Assembly (NCBI RefSeq): GCF_000143415.4
Contig: NW_003314453.1
Coordinates: 20,902 to 84,901 of the forward strand
Source: Selaginella moellendorffii
Lineage: Eukaryota > Plantae > Lycopodiophyta
DNA: 64,000 nt
Direction of reading: 5' to 3'
The stretch's first letter is position 1; every line of letters starts with the position of its first letter. Of this stretch, positions 1 through 13,900 are shown in pieces. A program made the position numbers and the translations under genes. Under the pieces are notes generated by a model, which did no database searches, had not been told where the DNA came from, and saw nothing but the letters and a program-made list of their open reading frames with translations.

Positions 1-287
1 GGAAACAATTTTCCAAAGATATTTGTCATCAAAATGTCTGCTTTCCATTGAAAAAAAATGCAAAGGAGAAGAACATGATAATGCATTGAGAGAAAAAAAT
101 AAAAGAAACAACCTTGTATTTCTTTCAGTTAGATTCACTGTTTGTTTCAGAGTTCAAGTAAAAAAGGTTACTCACGAAAAGAATAGCAGATTGTATAATT
201 TATGATGTTGAAGTACATCCACACTTTCATACTTCGCATTTATACTCTAATATAATATCTGCAGTCAAAAAAGTTATATGTGTATTA

Positions 288-450
288 ATACGAAATTATA
301 ATAGTGCATTAGTATTTGCATCAATAGGTGCAAACATTGAAGAGATTGCAGTAGGTGGCCCTTATTATTTTAAAATACATGGACAAGTTTATTATAATAT
401 TGGTTTATTCACAGTTATATATTTTAGATACTGCTCAAGCAGCAGAAATA
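288..450 (+). pseudogene. Helitron RepHel N-terminal region remnant
   Basis: Manual translation gives IRNYNSALVFASIGANIEEIAVGGPYYFKIHGQVYYNIG, then after a deletion/frameshift YSQLYILDTAQA. This matches the Helitron motifs IRxYNSAFAFxSxG, GPYxFKIHGQxYHxIG and YAQLYIxDT. Confidence 0.75.
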
Positions 451-3149
451 AGTATGGTAAATAAGTATTGAAATAATAAAATCAGCGATATGATTTGTGA
501 TTTTTCGAGAACATTTGCTTGTGCTTCATCAGCATTTCACTTAACAAGTTTTTGTCAACTCATCCATGATGTTTTGCATTTTATCTAACACTTATTTTGC
601 TTTTACTTTTGATTGTTGCCTACTTGACGGTTTGTTTGCATGGTTGGTTGTGTAGAATTTATTGTCTTTATCCATCTTCCTCTTGCCACTTTTTATGCTT
701 AGAAGCTTAATACATACATAGGTAAACTTCATGTTTATGTTAAGCATTAGTCCTTAATTCTTACCATCACATCTCACCATTGTGGAGTTATCATTCTCCA
801 TCTCTTCAAAAATTTGGAGAGGTATCGTTTGAATCAACCTAACTTCTTTTGAGCCATCCATCAAAACTCTTATTCAGTTTCTATATAATAGTTGTGCTAA
901 CAGTGCATATACACGTGACTTAGATAGAAAATAAAGAGATAGTTTGAATTCAAGTCTTGGCAATAATGAAGCTCCTACAAAGCACAGAACTCATATGCTC
1001 ACATTTCACACACTTAAGCATATCCATCGCCACCTTTTGATCATCTCTCCAAGTCCTCGTGAACTTTACAGGCACTAAGCAGTCACTAAGAAGTGAATGA
1101 CATTCTCTTGATGAACCTATCTGCATCTTGTATTAGTTTAGTTCTCTTGAGAAAGTCTGCCACAGTACGTGCTCGTGTGATAAGTCCACATTATCCACAT
1201 TCTCATTATCATCAGGATCATACAAGAGTGGAAGTGCCTGGAAATTTAGAAGCAGAGAAAACATTGTTCAAGTTATTACTTTCTGATCATCCCCAGAGGA
1301 AATAAGTGAAGAGTTAGGCAGCACACTGAGTACAAGAGTCACCACATCTGTGATCCATACGCCCCAAATAGTTGAGAACCGTATGGAACTGTTTGCAGGA
1401 CTTTCCCAGAGGCTGATTATTCAAAGCCAATGTTGTTGTTGTCCTTGTGTTCTCCACCACATCATATGCAGGAAAGACAAAGACAAATAGNNNNNNNNNN
1501 NNNNNNNNNNNNNNNNNNNNNNNNNNNNNNNNNNNNNNNNNNNNNNNNNNNNNNNNNNNNNNNNNNNNNNNNNNNNNNNNNNNNNNNNNNAACATGTTAT
1601 ATTGAAATCCCTAGCAATGGCACTACCACAGAGAATGCTACCGCCCCAACTCCATGCTCAAGCCCTGGAAGAATGCGTGAAGCCCTATCTTCCGCCTGCT
1701 ATGAGAGTTCTAAACAGCACGGGTGGGATTTTTTTTGGTGGGTTCCTCTTCGCAGTGAATGGATTCTCTTTAGTGAGTGTGCAGTTCCATGTGCTGATAT
1801 CAGTAGCACTAAAGAGGAGGAAAATTCTGTACTGGGACAGCGAGCATAACTGCGAGTGTGCGCTCATATTTACATGATTCTGACTCTGCGCAAGCGTGGA
1901 ATTTAAGTAAGCTTTTGTGAAAGTGACCGTGAGTGATATGGTGTAAGGTTTGTATTGCTTACTTGTTGCTTATTGCTTCAACAGGAATACCGGAGGAGAA
2001 GAGACATCTTGCGACAGGCCAACTATAGGCTCCATGGTTCATGTGGAGTACACAGCCTGATTATGTAGAGGAGCTGTTGATATAAATGTAGAGAAGCAAG
2101 GTGACTTTGAGCTTGAACTGAGAAGTGGGCTTGTACTTATCCTTCTCGACATATGTTACTGTTATGTGTGTTGGTCAGAGTGCTCACTTAGAGCAAAGAG
2201 GGAAAGACATTTGCTATTTTTTGTAGCCAGTCAAGGGTAGGAGACACCTTATATAAAATGTAGTATTACAACACAAATACAATTGAATCTGGCACCACTT
2301 CACTTAATTTGTCCTCAGACATGTGATGCTGATAGTAATTGGATTTGTACAGCACCGTGTCCCTGTAGAGAAACGCATGGTCATCATTACCACTTCTAGA
2401 GCTGCTGCTCTGGATCACTGCCACCACGTTGAAGCTCACCTTGCCACTCAGAAATGACTCCAAAGTGATAGAGCAAACCAGGACCTCATGAATCTCTGCT
2501 GCTCCTGGGTGATGACGGACCCTGTAAGATCTTCATCCCTGTCCCTTGTGAGATCTTCGTCCCTGTCCCTCGCACTGCCCTTCTCACCTGGCCGCTACGT
2601 ACATGTGACTGATCCCAAACTGGTGGAGGATTCTCATGGCCTTGAGATCTTCTCACTGGTGATGCTGCTGCTGCTACTGCTGTAATTCCGACTGCAAATC
2701 TCCTCTCTCTCTCCAGCCACTGCTGTCGTTGATCAGATAGCGATATGTAGTGGTGCTTAAATTTTGTATCCTGGATCCACACGAGAATGACGTGATAGCA
2801 AAGAGCAAGACTTACCTGTAGCATTAAGTCGACTCTACCATTGGGACTTCTAGATAGCCTTTCTGTCACCATACTGCCGTAAAAAACTGTAACAAAACAA
2901 TACCCCAACCGAAGAACTTCCTCTAGCTTTGATAGCAAAACTTAAAAAGCACTATGTTTACCTGTATCCCAAGATATTCACTGACGTTCTCCAAAAAGAA
3001 TAGATATCAGGTTCCACTCTGTAATCAAGACGAAAGGATAAATGTAAACACTGCTAACACGGCAGTATATTGATACCTGTAAGCGACATCATTTGCCTGC
3101 ATGCTGGCTTTTTTTCTTCAATGCCTTCATCTTCCCAGTACTCCTGACC

Positions 3150-3262
3150 TGTTCTTTTGCAAACACATTCAATTTACCATGGGCTGGTAGTGGGAATTGC
3201 AAGAGGTATTGGTATGTAACATCATCATCTAATCTGGGAATTAGTGCAGTTGTTGCCATGGT
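3150..3262 (-). pseudogene. F-box motif fragment (F-box/kelch type)
   Basis: ALIPRLDDDVTYQYLLQFPLPAHGKLNVFAK resembles LIPGLPDDVAxxCLLRxPxxxHxxLxxVCK. Confidence 0.5.
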
Positions 3263-5655
3263 TAAGGGACCTATTTGCCCTGAATTCAAGAGGCATGACA
3301 AACCTTCCTCTTGCTATAACAGTTCTTTGGCAATCAACATTAAGAAAGCTAAGGCAATGATCAGGTAGGCAGTTTTTCTTTGAGGTTAATAGTAAATGGA
3401 TTGATCCATGAAGTGTGCAATGGGTGGCGATCGTGATGGGATGACCAGGGTCTAGCACCACTTTACCTCTATTCAATGTATCTCTTGCATTCTTCTTGAT
3501 GCCCATACCCAAGAATCAGTAGCATGAGTTCAACACTTAAAATAGTTAAATTGACATTCTTTCAGCAGGCAAAGCCCTCAATGGTGATTAGAGCTTAATT
3601 TTCCATTTCTTATGTAGAGTGTTATGCATGTCCCATCATCATGAAGCTATTATCTACAAGTTTCTCAAGTTATATTTCATCTAGCCCGACTTGGGCTCCA
3701 GATGTTTTCCTTTGGAGGCTGCATCTCCTCTGGGATTCATAGCAGTCTTGAAGCTCTCTGAGGATTCTGGGACTTCAAATGGAAGGCAAGCACACTGCCT
3801 TTGCCACTGTCACTGTCTATTATACATGATGACCAGTTTCAGAGACTATGGCTAAGTCTCTGGACATGAGATGTAGGATAAGTTCCTAAGTGGTGATCAT
3901 TGAAAATGTGGTCACTGGTACACAAGTGACTGAAAAGCTGAAAAGAAGTAAACTCTGATCAACAGGCTATATGTAATGATTCTTGTGCACATAACGCATT
4001 TCAGCTTCTAAAGATGGTGATTTTCTTTTATGCACGTAAGAATGTTGCTTACAAACGATGAACTTGTAGCTTCTTGAATTCTTCTTTTATAATTTAAGTG
4101 TATTATTTGAGTGTGAGGTTGAGGAAGGCCGACAAAGTTTCTGGTTGGTGTCTCAGCATTTATTTTAATAGCTCCATTCATTCCATGTAATTTATTTTTT
4201 GCTTTTTTGTGTATGCCCAAACACAAATGGTTCAGGTAATAGTTTCCATGACATGGAATAAATTTTAAGTTTGTCTTGTAGAAATCTCACATCACTTTAT
4301 GTTCCATGTGACAGTTTTGATTCCTGTTGGCATGGAGGCTCAATGCTTTGCTTAGCCGGATGCAGCTCCACACGTGATGAAGTACGCTCCAAAGCTGTCC
4401 TCGGATTTTCAGGACCAGGTCTGGACCTCGCTTTGTGATCTGGTACGTTTGTTTGCAAGAAAAAATCAGGTTTGTATACAAACAATAATTTATCGAATGT
4501 TACCTCTTTCCGTTGAATCCACAACTATTTTCTTTGGCATTATTTGTGAGTCTCAGTACCTCCAATCGCATCATTGTTGACAATGTGGAAGCATCTAAAA
4601 GCAAAATAAAAAACGTTTATCCAGTTTAGAAAAGACAAAATCATAAGAAAAGAAGAGGAGGCTGACCTGGTCTGCAGTGTAATCACCATTGTGTCACAGA
4701 AGTACAATTAAAGTGTAATCTTCCATTGTGTCCCAACTGTAGGAGTACAATTGACGACTCAAGCGTGAGAAAAACCAGTTGATTACAGCCTCAATGCATC
4801 AAAGTAAACAATCTGGAAGAATTATCAAATTAGGAATACATACACACAAAGACTCATCTCTCACATTCACATCAATTGGGAGTGCCATCGCTCTCAATTC
4901 CATCCAAATAGCAATCTTCACATACTTCCTCCATTGAATCAGCAGTCTTGAAAGCTCCAGGACTACAAGTTCTCTGGAAAAGAATACTAAGATCACCAAG
5001 AAGAACACATTATGTTACCAAGAGTTAGAAGAAGAAACCACGAGGGACTACATGAAAAAACCAGTCCACAACTCCAGTCTGCAATTCGTGGAACTGCTCA
5101 AGTTTTCTTCCTTGGACATTGTGCCTTAAAATGTCATGCTCTTGGCTATGGCAAGCACTGATCCCATTTGAGGTGTTTGACAAGATGCCCTGAGCATGGT
5201 ACTGCAGCAGATGCTGATGGATTGGATGGATCTGCGCCAGGGCAATGGTAAGAGTAAGGGCGTAGCCACCAGGATCCTCTGGGGCTCAAGAGCAAATCCC
5301 TGCAAATTGTGGTGACTACTGGCAGCCATCTGCTGGACAAGCTGCAATGCTGCTGGGAGAAAATATGATCAACTCAAGAACACGAAAAGAGGGATTCGTT
5401 TTATCAATGCTGCAATACTTTCTGGGAAGATATCTCAACAACCAACAGAGCTTGTGCACAACATATCACAAAACCAAACTGGGATGCTGAGCGAAAAATG
5501 CGTACCTTATGGCCAAAAACATGCCAAGCTTTCGCTGCTGGGCTTGATACATAAGGAAAGATAAAATAGCAGCCCAGAAAAAGAGAATTTGCTTATACCA
5601 GGATAAAAAATAAACAAGGTCGGGCCCTGAATCAATCCAGGGCACATGATTCCAA

Positions 5656-5657
<2 letters not shown>

Positions 5658-5690
<33 letters not shown>
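5658..5690. repeat. (GA)n microsatellite, about 16 units
   Basis: Read directly from the sequence. Confidence 0.95.
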
Positions 5691-5692
<2 letters not shown>

Positions 5693-5876
5693 TTCCCGCT
5701 ACCAACGCTCGTCGCTTTCCTCCCTGCCCTAAAAGCCATTTGAAATTTTTTATGATCCCAAAAGTCACAACTTTCCATTATTTAATCTCAACCGTTAGAT
5801 TTTGGGATATGCCCAGAATAAGTGTCCCCAGTATATGCTATTATTATACCGGCTCTTTCGTTTAAATATATGAGTA

Positions 5877-5902
5877 CTAGCAGGGACCCCAGCTCCGCTG
5901 GG
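5877..5902 (-). terminator. Helitron 3' terminal hairpin plus CTAG
   Basis: CCCAGCGGAGCTGGG-GTCCCTG-CTAG-T on the minus strand is the canonical Helitron 3' signature. Confidence 0.85.
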
Positions 5903-8900
5903 AGATATAGCATACCCAAGATAAATACATCTTCTTTTCTAATTTTACAGTGTTGATTCTAATTATAAAGTATAAAAGATATTTTAATTATTCATTATTA
6001 TAGTAGTATGTTACATCTGTAGTAAATTTAAAGTATGTTAGATCTGTTCCATTGGGAGATATAGCACACCCAAGATAAATACATCTTCCTTTCTAATTTT
6101 ACAATGTTAGAAATTTTGATTGTATCCAAGGTTCAATTTATCTTAATTTTGCTATATTAATCTTAAAAGAAATGCAAAATAATGCAATTAGATAATAATG
6201 CAAGTTTTGGANNNNNNNNNNNNNNNNNNNNNNNNNNNNNNNNNNNNNNNNNNNNNNNNNNNNNNNNNNNNNNNNNNNNNNNNNNNNNNNNNNNNNNNNN
6301 NNNNNNNNNNNTTTGAATTCTTTTATTGCCTTTATAAAAAGGTACACAACGCTAAACACACCTACAAGATTGATGCCATGCTTTAAAAGCAATTGAGTTT
6401 CACAAAACCAAAGAATTATATACTGCCAAAAAATAATAGGTTAGTTTGGGGAAATTATATTTTTGATTACATACTAAGCATTCAAAACTTTATATAGATA
6501 TTACTTATCACTATGATTTATATTAATTTTAAGATAAATGTTGTTGAAAACTCTACTCTTGAAGACTAAATATGATGTAGAAAAGTAATTATACATATAA
6601 ATATACTTATAAATAAAAATAAAAACATTTTCTAAATTTCTCAAGTATGTGCATGTTTTTGATATTTATATGATCAATAATTTCTCTAAATAGCAAAAAT
6701 AATATAGTTTAAAATATAATAACTCATTTATATTTCACAAAAATAGCACACTTTTATTTTATTTCTTGCATTAAATATTCCACTATCTTGTTTTTTAACT
6801 AAAAAATCTATCCTCTAAATATTAACTGTTTTTATAATATTAAAATTTGCTATCAGTAATTCTTATATATTTGTCATCTTGTAAAACCAATCTATAACAC
6901 TTTCATTCTATTGCCACTATCTACATCCATTGGAGTTCTGAATGTGGGAATATGTTGATATTATAAGTGGACTTAGCATATATATCAAAAGCATGTAGTT
7001 GATTTTCTAGACTTTGACTTAAAATATAAGACTAAAATACATAATTAGATTATAATACTATGGAATTAAATTTAGAAAGAATCATGATAAAAACTCTTAG
7101 GGATTTCCTTCATAGTAGGCTTAGTTTAATTCTGATTTGGAGAGAAGCCATAATTGATTTATTCTAGAATGGAATTCTTGTTAAATAAAGAATATCACTG
7201 TTGATTACAATTAGTTACACAACACTACCAGTAAAACAATTCAGTAAGAAATGTTAGCAATAAACATAGAAAATAACATTATTATATTCATAAGAATATC
7301 TAAACATGTTAGCACAGCATTTTATTTAGGATAAGAGCTTTTAACCCATTTCTAATCCATCAAAAATGAATGTCCAAAAATTGTAACAGTAACTTACAAA
7401 AAAGTAGTGAAGCTAAAGTACACTAAGAAATGCCAAAAGTTTTATAGAAAACCTTATTACTATAAATAACTCTTCAAGAGTGTAATTACAAAAGGTATAT
7501 TTTTTTAATTTTTAAATGAATGCGCATAGAAGAAAAGAAATTTGCAATAAAAATCCATGAATCTTTGTTTGGATTAAGGTTTTTTATGAAAAAAAATTAG
7601 GGTTTGTGAATTCTTCATGGTTGTATTAACCATCACATTACACTAAGAGTACAATATATCATACTTTAATTTTCTCATTTAATTTAAATATACAGATAAG
7701 TGAAGTAAAATTCACTAACTTTTCATGCTTATAAATACATTTATGGAGAACATAAAATTACTCATAAAAGTTTTTCAAGCTGGAGTTTGTTAATTCTTGA
7801 AGTGTTATTACAATTAGATAGTGAATCTGACTAATACATTAGTGACACTTAATAATATAAAGAAATTTCTAATTATTTTGATACACAATTGTATACTCAT
7901 GTTGATTAGATGTAATTACTTTTAATTTTACCTGATTTCTTTTTCCTTTATTTCTTCATCTTAGAAATGCATATAGAAACCCTTATTATTATAAATCAAT
8001 AATAAGTTGATAATATTATATCACTTTTTTATTATTATCATGGTATTATAAAATAGTTCTTATTATTGACTTATTGATATCAACATTATATCATGCTCAT
8101 TGAATAGCCACTGCTTGATAAGAATTAACACCCTTTCAGCTGTTGAATCTGTGATAATAACAAATACAACTCAAAAACAAAATCAATCTATGCTATCAAA
8201 GTTTTACTCAAGGAACTTCATGTGCTTGGATGTACCAGCAAGGACTCCTTAGCTTATGGAACTGCAGAGGTAGCTCAAGTTTTTCTTTCATCTCCAAGAA
8301 GAAGCTAACAAAGCTTTTGCTTGTAGTTTCTTAAGTCTTCAAGAGTAGTGTTTTCTAAAAAAAACTAATGATATTTTTGAGATATTTTTTAGAACTGCAT
8401 GTTTGGAATATATACATCACCAAAGATTTGTCTAAATAGCAAAAAATAAATTACATCAATATAAATACTAATATATTTTTCATAAGATTAGCAACATTCT
8501 TTATTCTTTCTTGCTTCAAATGCCACATCCATTATATGTTTTTTTCTCTAAAATCCTTCTTTAGGCCAACTATCAACGTCTTATTTTTCAATATTCAAAA
8601 TTCACTATTCTGTAATGGCTTACTACAAGGTCTTAGCTTGGACTATAATGTGTTAGCTTGGACTATTGAAATAGGAGATAGGATACCATTATTTGAATTT
8701 ACAATGTTAGTTTGTGCAGCAGTGGATTGTAACACATTTGTTAAGGACCATTTGATAGTAAGATTGAAATGGTGACCTTTGTGGCCCGAACTCATGTTTC
8801 TATGCTCCCTGCCACCACAAGCCATTCTAAGGAAGCTCCTGAATCTAGTGTCAGGAAATGCAACTGATGTTAGATCTCTTCCTCTTGCAAGGATATGTGT

Positions 8901-9749
8901 CTGTCTGGGTATTCGCAAAGGTGATGATCCAATTCTATTCTTCTTCCACATTTTGTTTTGGGTGATTCATTTATCTGATTCATTTCATTGTTTGAGAGTG
9001 AAGTGGCAAGAGACTGACATTTTTTATGAAATCTCTGCTTGTGTCATTCTGACCTTGTAAGCATTGTTTTGTAGTCAAGCAAAGCCACAAATGCTACAAC
9101 AGGCAGTACAATGTACTACTATTTAACTATTTATTAGAACAAGAAAATATCATACTACATCTTACAGTTTCTCATTCCCTAGACATTCCTCAGACACTGC
9201 TTATAGAATTCCAGAAGCTGTAACTTGACTACCATAAAACATGAAAGAAGCAGCGAAAAAGTACCATTCATATTTTAAAGGTTTTTTTCTTGCTATTGAA
9301 AGATATCAAGAGGAGGTTAACACTTCAGAGCCTCACAAGCACCTCATAAATTGTCATTAAAGAGATGATGTTCAGTTCTATGGTTCTTTAAGAATATCTG
9401 CCAGTTTGACTCTGTCTTGAACNNNNNNNNNNNNNNNNNNNNNNNNNNNNNNNNNNNNNNNNNNNNNNNNNNNNNNNNNNNNNNNNNNNNNNNNNNNNNN
9501 NNNNNNNNNNNNNNNNNNNNNNNNNNNNNNNNNNNNNNNNNNNNNNNNNNNNNNNNNNNNNNNNNNNNNNNNNNNNNNNNNNNNNNNNNNNNNNNNNNNN
9601 NNNNNNNNNNNNNNNNNNNNNNNNNNNNNNNNNNNNNNNNNNNNNNNNNNNNNNNNNNNNNNNNNNNNNNNNNNNNNNNNNNNNNNNNNNNNNNNNNNNN
9701 NNNNNNNNNNNNNNNNNNNNNNNNNNNNNNNNNNNNNNNNNNNNNNNNA

Positions 9750-10650
9750 TGATGACATGAGCCGCTGAATTGTGACCAGCGTTCATGTACATGTTGAGCA
9801 TGTCTATGATATGAGCGTCTTCCAGTGCCTCTTTTTATGTCATCCAGCTGATCCATGAGCAACGAAAGAATGCTTGTTTCCTGTGGCTTTCCAGAAGTGC
9901 TGGTTGATCACGTCCTGGATAAGCTTGATGAGCTTTTGCCTCGGCCTGAAAATGGGAAAACGTCACAAAGCTATGTACAACGCATATGGCTTTGTTGTAT
10001 GCTGAGGAAGTTGATGGGGAGAGCCTGAATGCCTTGGTTGACAATGTAGTACAAGGAGAAAGTCTCTTCCATGTCGAGACTGGAGTCTTTCCCATATAAA
10101 ATGTAGAGGACAGTTAGAAACGTGAACTGTCATACCAGAAAAAACCAGTGTCAACAAGAAAACTAAGACAATTGCTTACCGGTAAGAAGAACGATCTTAT
10201 CCTGCATAGACCACCTTGCAAGGCACGCTTTTATGTTGTTGACGATGAGGGGCACATACTGCTTGAGAGCTTTGGGATTGTTCACAGCAGGCTTGGAGCT
10301 TCAAGTGGCTCTTTCACAGCAGTGCTCTCCGGCCATCCTGTTTCAAAACTGTCTTTACAAATTTGCATGCTGCCATAACAGAAACGCCTTGTAAAACCCA
10401 CTCGATTGTACCTGAAACCAAGAAAAAGCAACAGCTAAACAAGCGAAAGAAAGTACAAGATCACTCAACTTTGCAATGTAGTCGGTTTTCCAGACTTGAA
10501 GCCTCTGAGAAAAGCAGACACGTTGCCAAAGATCCCAGTAGAAGTGGAGGCTGTCCTGGTTTGAGCACCGTCTCATGGTACCACTTGTTGAGAAAACTCG
10601 AGAATGTCAGCAAGGCAGTGACTGCCACGCTGCTGTGGATTCCCAGTGAA
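9750..10650 (-). pseudogene. CYP88: Cytochrome P450 CYP88 family (ent-kaurenoic acid oxidase-like), 5' half, frameshifted
   Basis: Colinear peptides: LNKWYHETVLKPGQPPL, FGNVSAFLRGFKSGKP, GFYKAFL, DSFETGWPEST, PAVNNPKALKQYVPLIVNNIKACLARWS, FTFLTVLYIL, NQGIQALPINF..AYNKA, RQKLIKLIQDVIN and I-helix LEDAHIIDMLNMYMNAGHNSAAHVI (compare KAO IIDxLxMYLNAGHESSGH). Short introns are retained. The fragment runs into an N gap. Confidence 0.85.
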
Positions 10651-12007
10651 CAGCCTGGGATTTACTTAGCTGGCTATCTGGACAACTTGGAGGAGGAAGA
10701 ACCCCTAAATGGTATGGCATTGGCACTCAGCTATGGCATCTGATCGATTGAGCGGCTGGTCACGTATATTAGTGGCTACAGTGATGATAACTTGTGCACA
10801 AAGCTGCTGCATTGCCAGGGCGCTCTTTGCTGGGAAATTTCAAGCAAACACTGGATATTTCAATCGGCTCCAAAATTGTAAAACAGCTATACAACACAAA
10901 ATTTTAGGATTTTATCCCACACAGATCACTGCAAGAATACTGCAACCATAAACTCTTTGCCTTTCAATTCTGTAATGAGAGAAAATCTACAACAGAACAA
11001 CATGGCATTAGTGTTAAAAAAAAAGATCTAAAGCGAGGGACAATGTAATCAAATTCTAAGGTTTTGCTTCTTGATCCAGTGAGCACCTGATGATGTGGGC
11101 AACAACTTGTCTAGCATCCGGCTGTACGGCTTATGCTTGCCAGGCTTGTGAAGGATTAGCGAGCAGCATCTCTTGCCAATCAGCAAGAATTGGGTATTGC
11201 AGCCTCTTCGCACTCTCCTTGCTGCTTGCATGGATGCTGCATGACCTCCAGTGAGAAAATCCCATGTAAGTTCTTGTGATTTGCGACAACACCTACTTTT
11301 TTTCGCTTGTGGCGGGGATCAATCACTTCTCACCTGGCAAGGATTTTTTTTTTGGCACACAAGCTGTTCTATGCATGAGCTTTACATGAAGGGAAAGCAA
11401 TCACAAGGACTCTTGGCATCATGGCAACTGAATGATCAAGCTCTTATCGTCTGGTCTGGTCTCACTGTGCTTTGCCTCATCCTTCTTCCCAATGACACTG
11501 TGGATGCTGATGGTAAATCTAATGCTTTTCTCTTGGATTTATAACCATAGTTTCTTCCGTCTTCTGGCCGGAACACTCTCGANNNNNNNNNNNNNNNNNN
11601 NNNNNNNNNNNNNNNNNNNNNNNNNNNNNNNNNNNNNNNNNNNNNNNNNNNNNNNNNNNNNNNNNNNNNNNNNNNNNNNNNNNNNNNNNNNNNNNNNNNN
11701 NNNNNNNNNNNNNNNNNNNNNNNNNNNNNNNNNNNNNNNNNNNNNNNNNNNNNNNNNNNNNNNNNNNNNNNNNNNNNNNNNNNNNNNNNNNNNNNNNNNN
11801 NNNNNNNNNNNNNNNNNNNNNNNNNNNNNNNNNNNNNNNNNNNNNNNNNNNNNNNNNNNNNNNNNNNNNNNNNNNNNNNNNNNNNNNNNNNNNNNNNNNN
11901 NNNNNNNNNNNNNNNNNNNNNNNNNNNNNNNNNNNNNNNNNNNNNNNNNNNNNNNNNNNNNNNNNNNNNNNNNNNNNNNNNNNNNNNNNNNNNNNNNNNC
12001 ATTGTAC

Positions 12008-12265
12008 AGGTTTGATGCTGTCTACCACATTCTTTTCAAGTGCTCCAAGTGAAAGTTGTTGGAGTTTTCGAATCTTTATGGCTACATGCGACAGATATAC
12101 CAGCTTCCTACACATCTGTTCAAGTTGTGATTGCTAGTAATGTCTTGTTCTTTTTTGTTAGATTCCAGGAGTGTCGTCCACTTGCAACCTCCCGAGCATA
12201 ATGGATGGCTACTATGGGGCCTTGTTCCCTCTCAACCCATGAGGTATCCAACCAGCCATTCACTC
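12008..12265 (+). pseudogene. Glutathionyl-hydroquinone reductase (GHR/YqjG-type GST) C-terminal fragment
   Basis: RFDAVYHILFKCSK*KLLEFSNLYGYMRQIYQ [intron] IPGVSSTCNLPSIMDGYYGALFPLNP*GIQPAI; two in-frame stops. Confidence 0.8.
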
Positions 12266-12649
12266 TAGTATGGAACCAAAAGTTTGTACAACCAATAATG
12301 CTTAGAAAGAAAGTTGATATGAACTCTCAGAAAAAATTCTCTAACTATGTAACAAGTCTACTTGAAGCTCTTATCTTGAAAAGAAAATTTAGTTCCTTCT
12401 AGAATATATGTTTTTTATTTTTTATTGTTTATGTAATATATTTATTTTGAATTACATTTTCTTTTGTCCTTTAGCTCAATTTATAATTTTCTTACAAGAA
12501 ACATCAACAAACTTACAAGATTACAGTCATGCATACTTTATTAAATGTAGTGTTACCTTTTTGTTCTGCTAAACAGTGCATAGAAGCTAATAACATGCAA
12601 TCTGTGATTTCTAGACAAACTTTTATTTATAAATTTCCTCATTCCACTC

Positions 12650-13900
12650 ACAGCATTCTGTGTTGAAGAGAGCATCGAGACTTCTTGCTCATTGGGTATT
12701 AACGCAGTCACCGACTTAGTATTCTAACAAAATCCCACAGTCAAGAGTTCTCCAAACTTTCGAAACACCACAACACTTACAAAGAATGGAATTTCATTTG
12801 TGTGAACACTATTAGAAATCCACGATAAAACCTGCAAAAATACTCTTTCTTATAGCAAAAAAGAGAGAAGAAAAGAGAAAGAAGTCTAAGTGAAACCAAC
12901 CAACCTCCGAGATTTCATTTGCACCACTGTATGGAGCAATAAGCATCAAGGCTAAATCTTGCTCCTCATCATCCAAATGCCACCAGGTATTGATTCTCTT
13001 CACCACCGGCTTTTGACAGTTTGGATCTCTTCTAAAATGTATCATCAAAATCCTTGCCACGTCTTGCTCTTGGTACTGCCTCCACCCACAAGTCTCATGG
13101 ACGGGTTCAGAACCGAGGCAGTAATAGCAAAATTTCTGCACAAAAACGAGGATTAATTAACCAGAGAGCTATATAAGTATCCACCTTTTGCATTTTGTTG
13201 TCAAGCCATGATAGGCTCAAACGCTTGTCTTTGTATGCAGTGGCAGCAGCAAAATTGTGGCTATCAATGTCTTCACTTACGAGCTCATCTTGCACGATCC
13301 TCATCGTCTAATATGAGAAACTCGTCAGCTAGAAACAATAGGAAAGAAAAATCTTACACTGCGGAGTTGATCAAGCTGAAAACCAGGCCTTCCAGCAACC
13401 ACATTGCAGTACCATGTTTCTACATCTTTTCCAGCTGCGGAGAAGTCTGCGGGATCACATCCAAGTTTGGAACCGTGATGCTTTGCAGCTGAGGAAGAAA
13501 TAAAAGCAGGCACATCAAATTGCAATTCAAAAGATAGCAAAAGGAGGAAGAGCCTACGTAGTACTTACCATATATTCTTCCACAGTTTCCATGAAGGAGT
13601 CACGGGTCAATTTACCTGCAAAGGGAAAGAAATCATCTCAAAGCTGCCGAAAAGAAGATTCTTACCATAAACAATTATGGGCTGGACACCTGGGTCTTTG
13701 ATGAAAACTACTGCCGGTGCCAACTCTAATCCAAGCCTGCTTCACACGCAAAAGCATGAATCAATTCACGTGATTATCACTAAAACTACCGGCTTTTCCA
13801 AATCGAGCCTCCCTCTTGCCTCCACAAAACACATCCGAAAGACGTCAACTCGGAGTACTTCTTGGCCGCTTCTCTTACAAATGGAAGTGCATGCTCTCCT
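12650..13900 (-). pseudogene. DnaJ/thioredoxin-like ER protein (DNAJC16-like), internal multi-exon fragment
   Basis: Exons APAVVFIKDPGVQPIIVY, GKLTRDSFMETVEEY, LGCDPADFSAAGKDVETWYCNVVAGRP, AAATAYKDKRLSLSWLDNKMQK, KFCYYCLGSEPVHETCG..DVARILMIHFRRD and DLALMLIAPYSGANEISEV match the plant DNAJC16-type C-terminal region as I recall it. No J domain is present. Confidence 0.7.

Larger units (their letters stand above)
1..5876 (-). mobile_element. Non-autonomous Helitron H1, 5' part (3' end lies left of the window)
   Basis: 5780-5876 resembles the 5'-terminal segments at 15370-15436 and 21985-22094 (TCAACCGTTAGATT ... TTTAAATA..GAGT). The terminal TCA is missing because H2 abuts here. The extent to the left is inferred. 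Confidence 0.5.

Noticed and set aside
1990-2130. FKBP-like or HEN1 PPIase-like domain fragment (PTIGSMVHVEYTA..DFELEL)
   Set aside because: Too short and degenerate to assign. It is probably captured cargo of unknown origin.
6990-7430. Possible Pif1 helicase C-terminal relic (also 6312-6400 on the minus strand)
   Set aside because: Only faint motif echoes in very AT-rich DNA; I cannot support it without a profile search.
12990-13141. RBR/IBR E3 ligase domain (KFCYYC..H..C..PNCQK)
   Set aside because: The flanking exons fit a DNAJC16-like protein continuously, which explains the same residues better.
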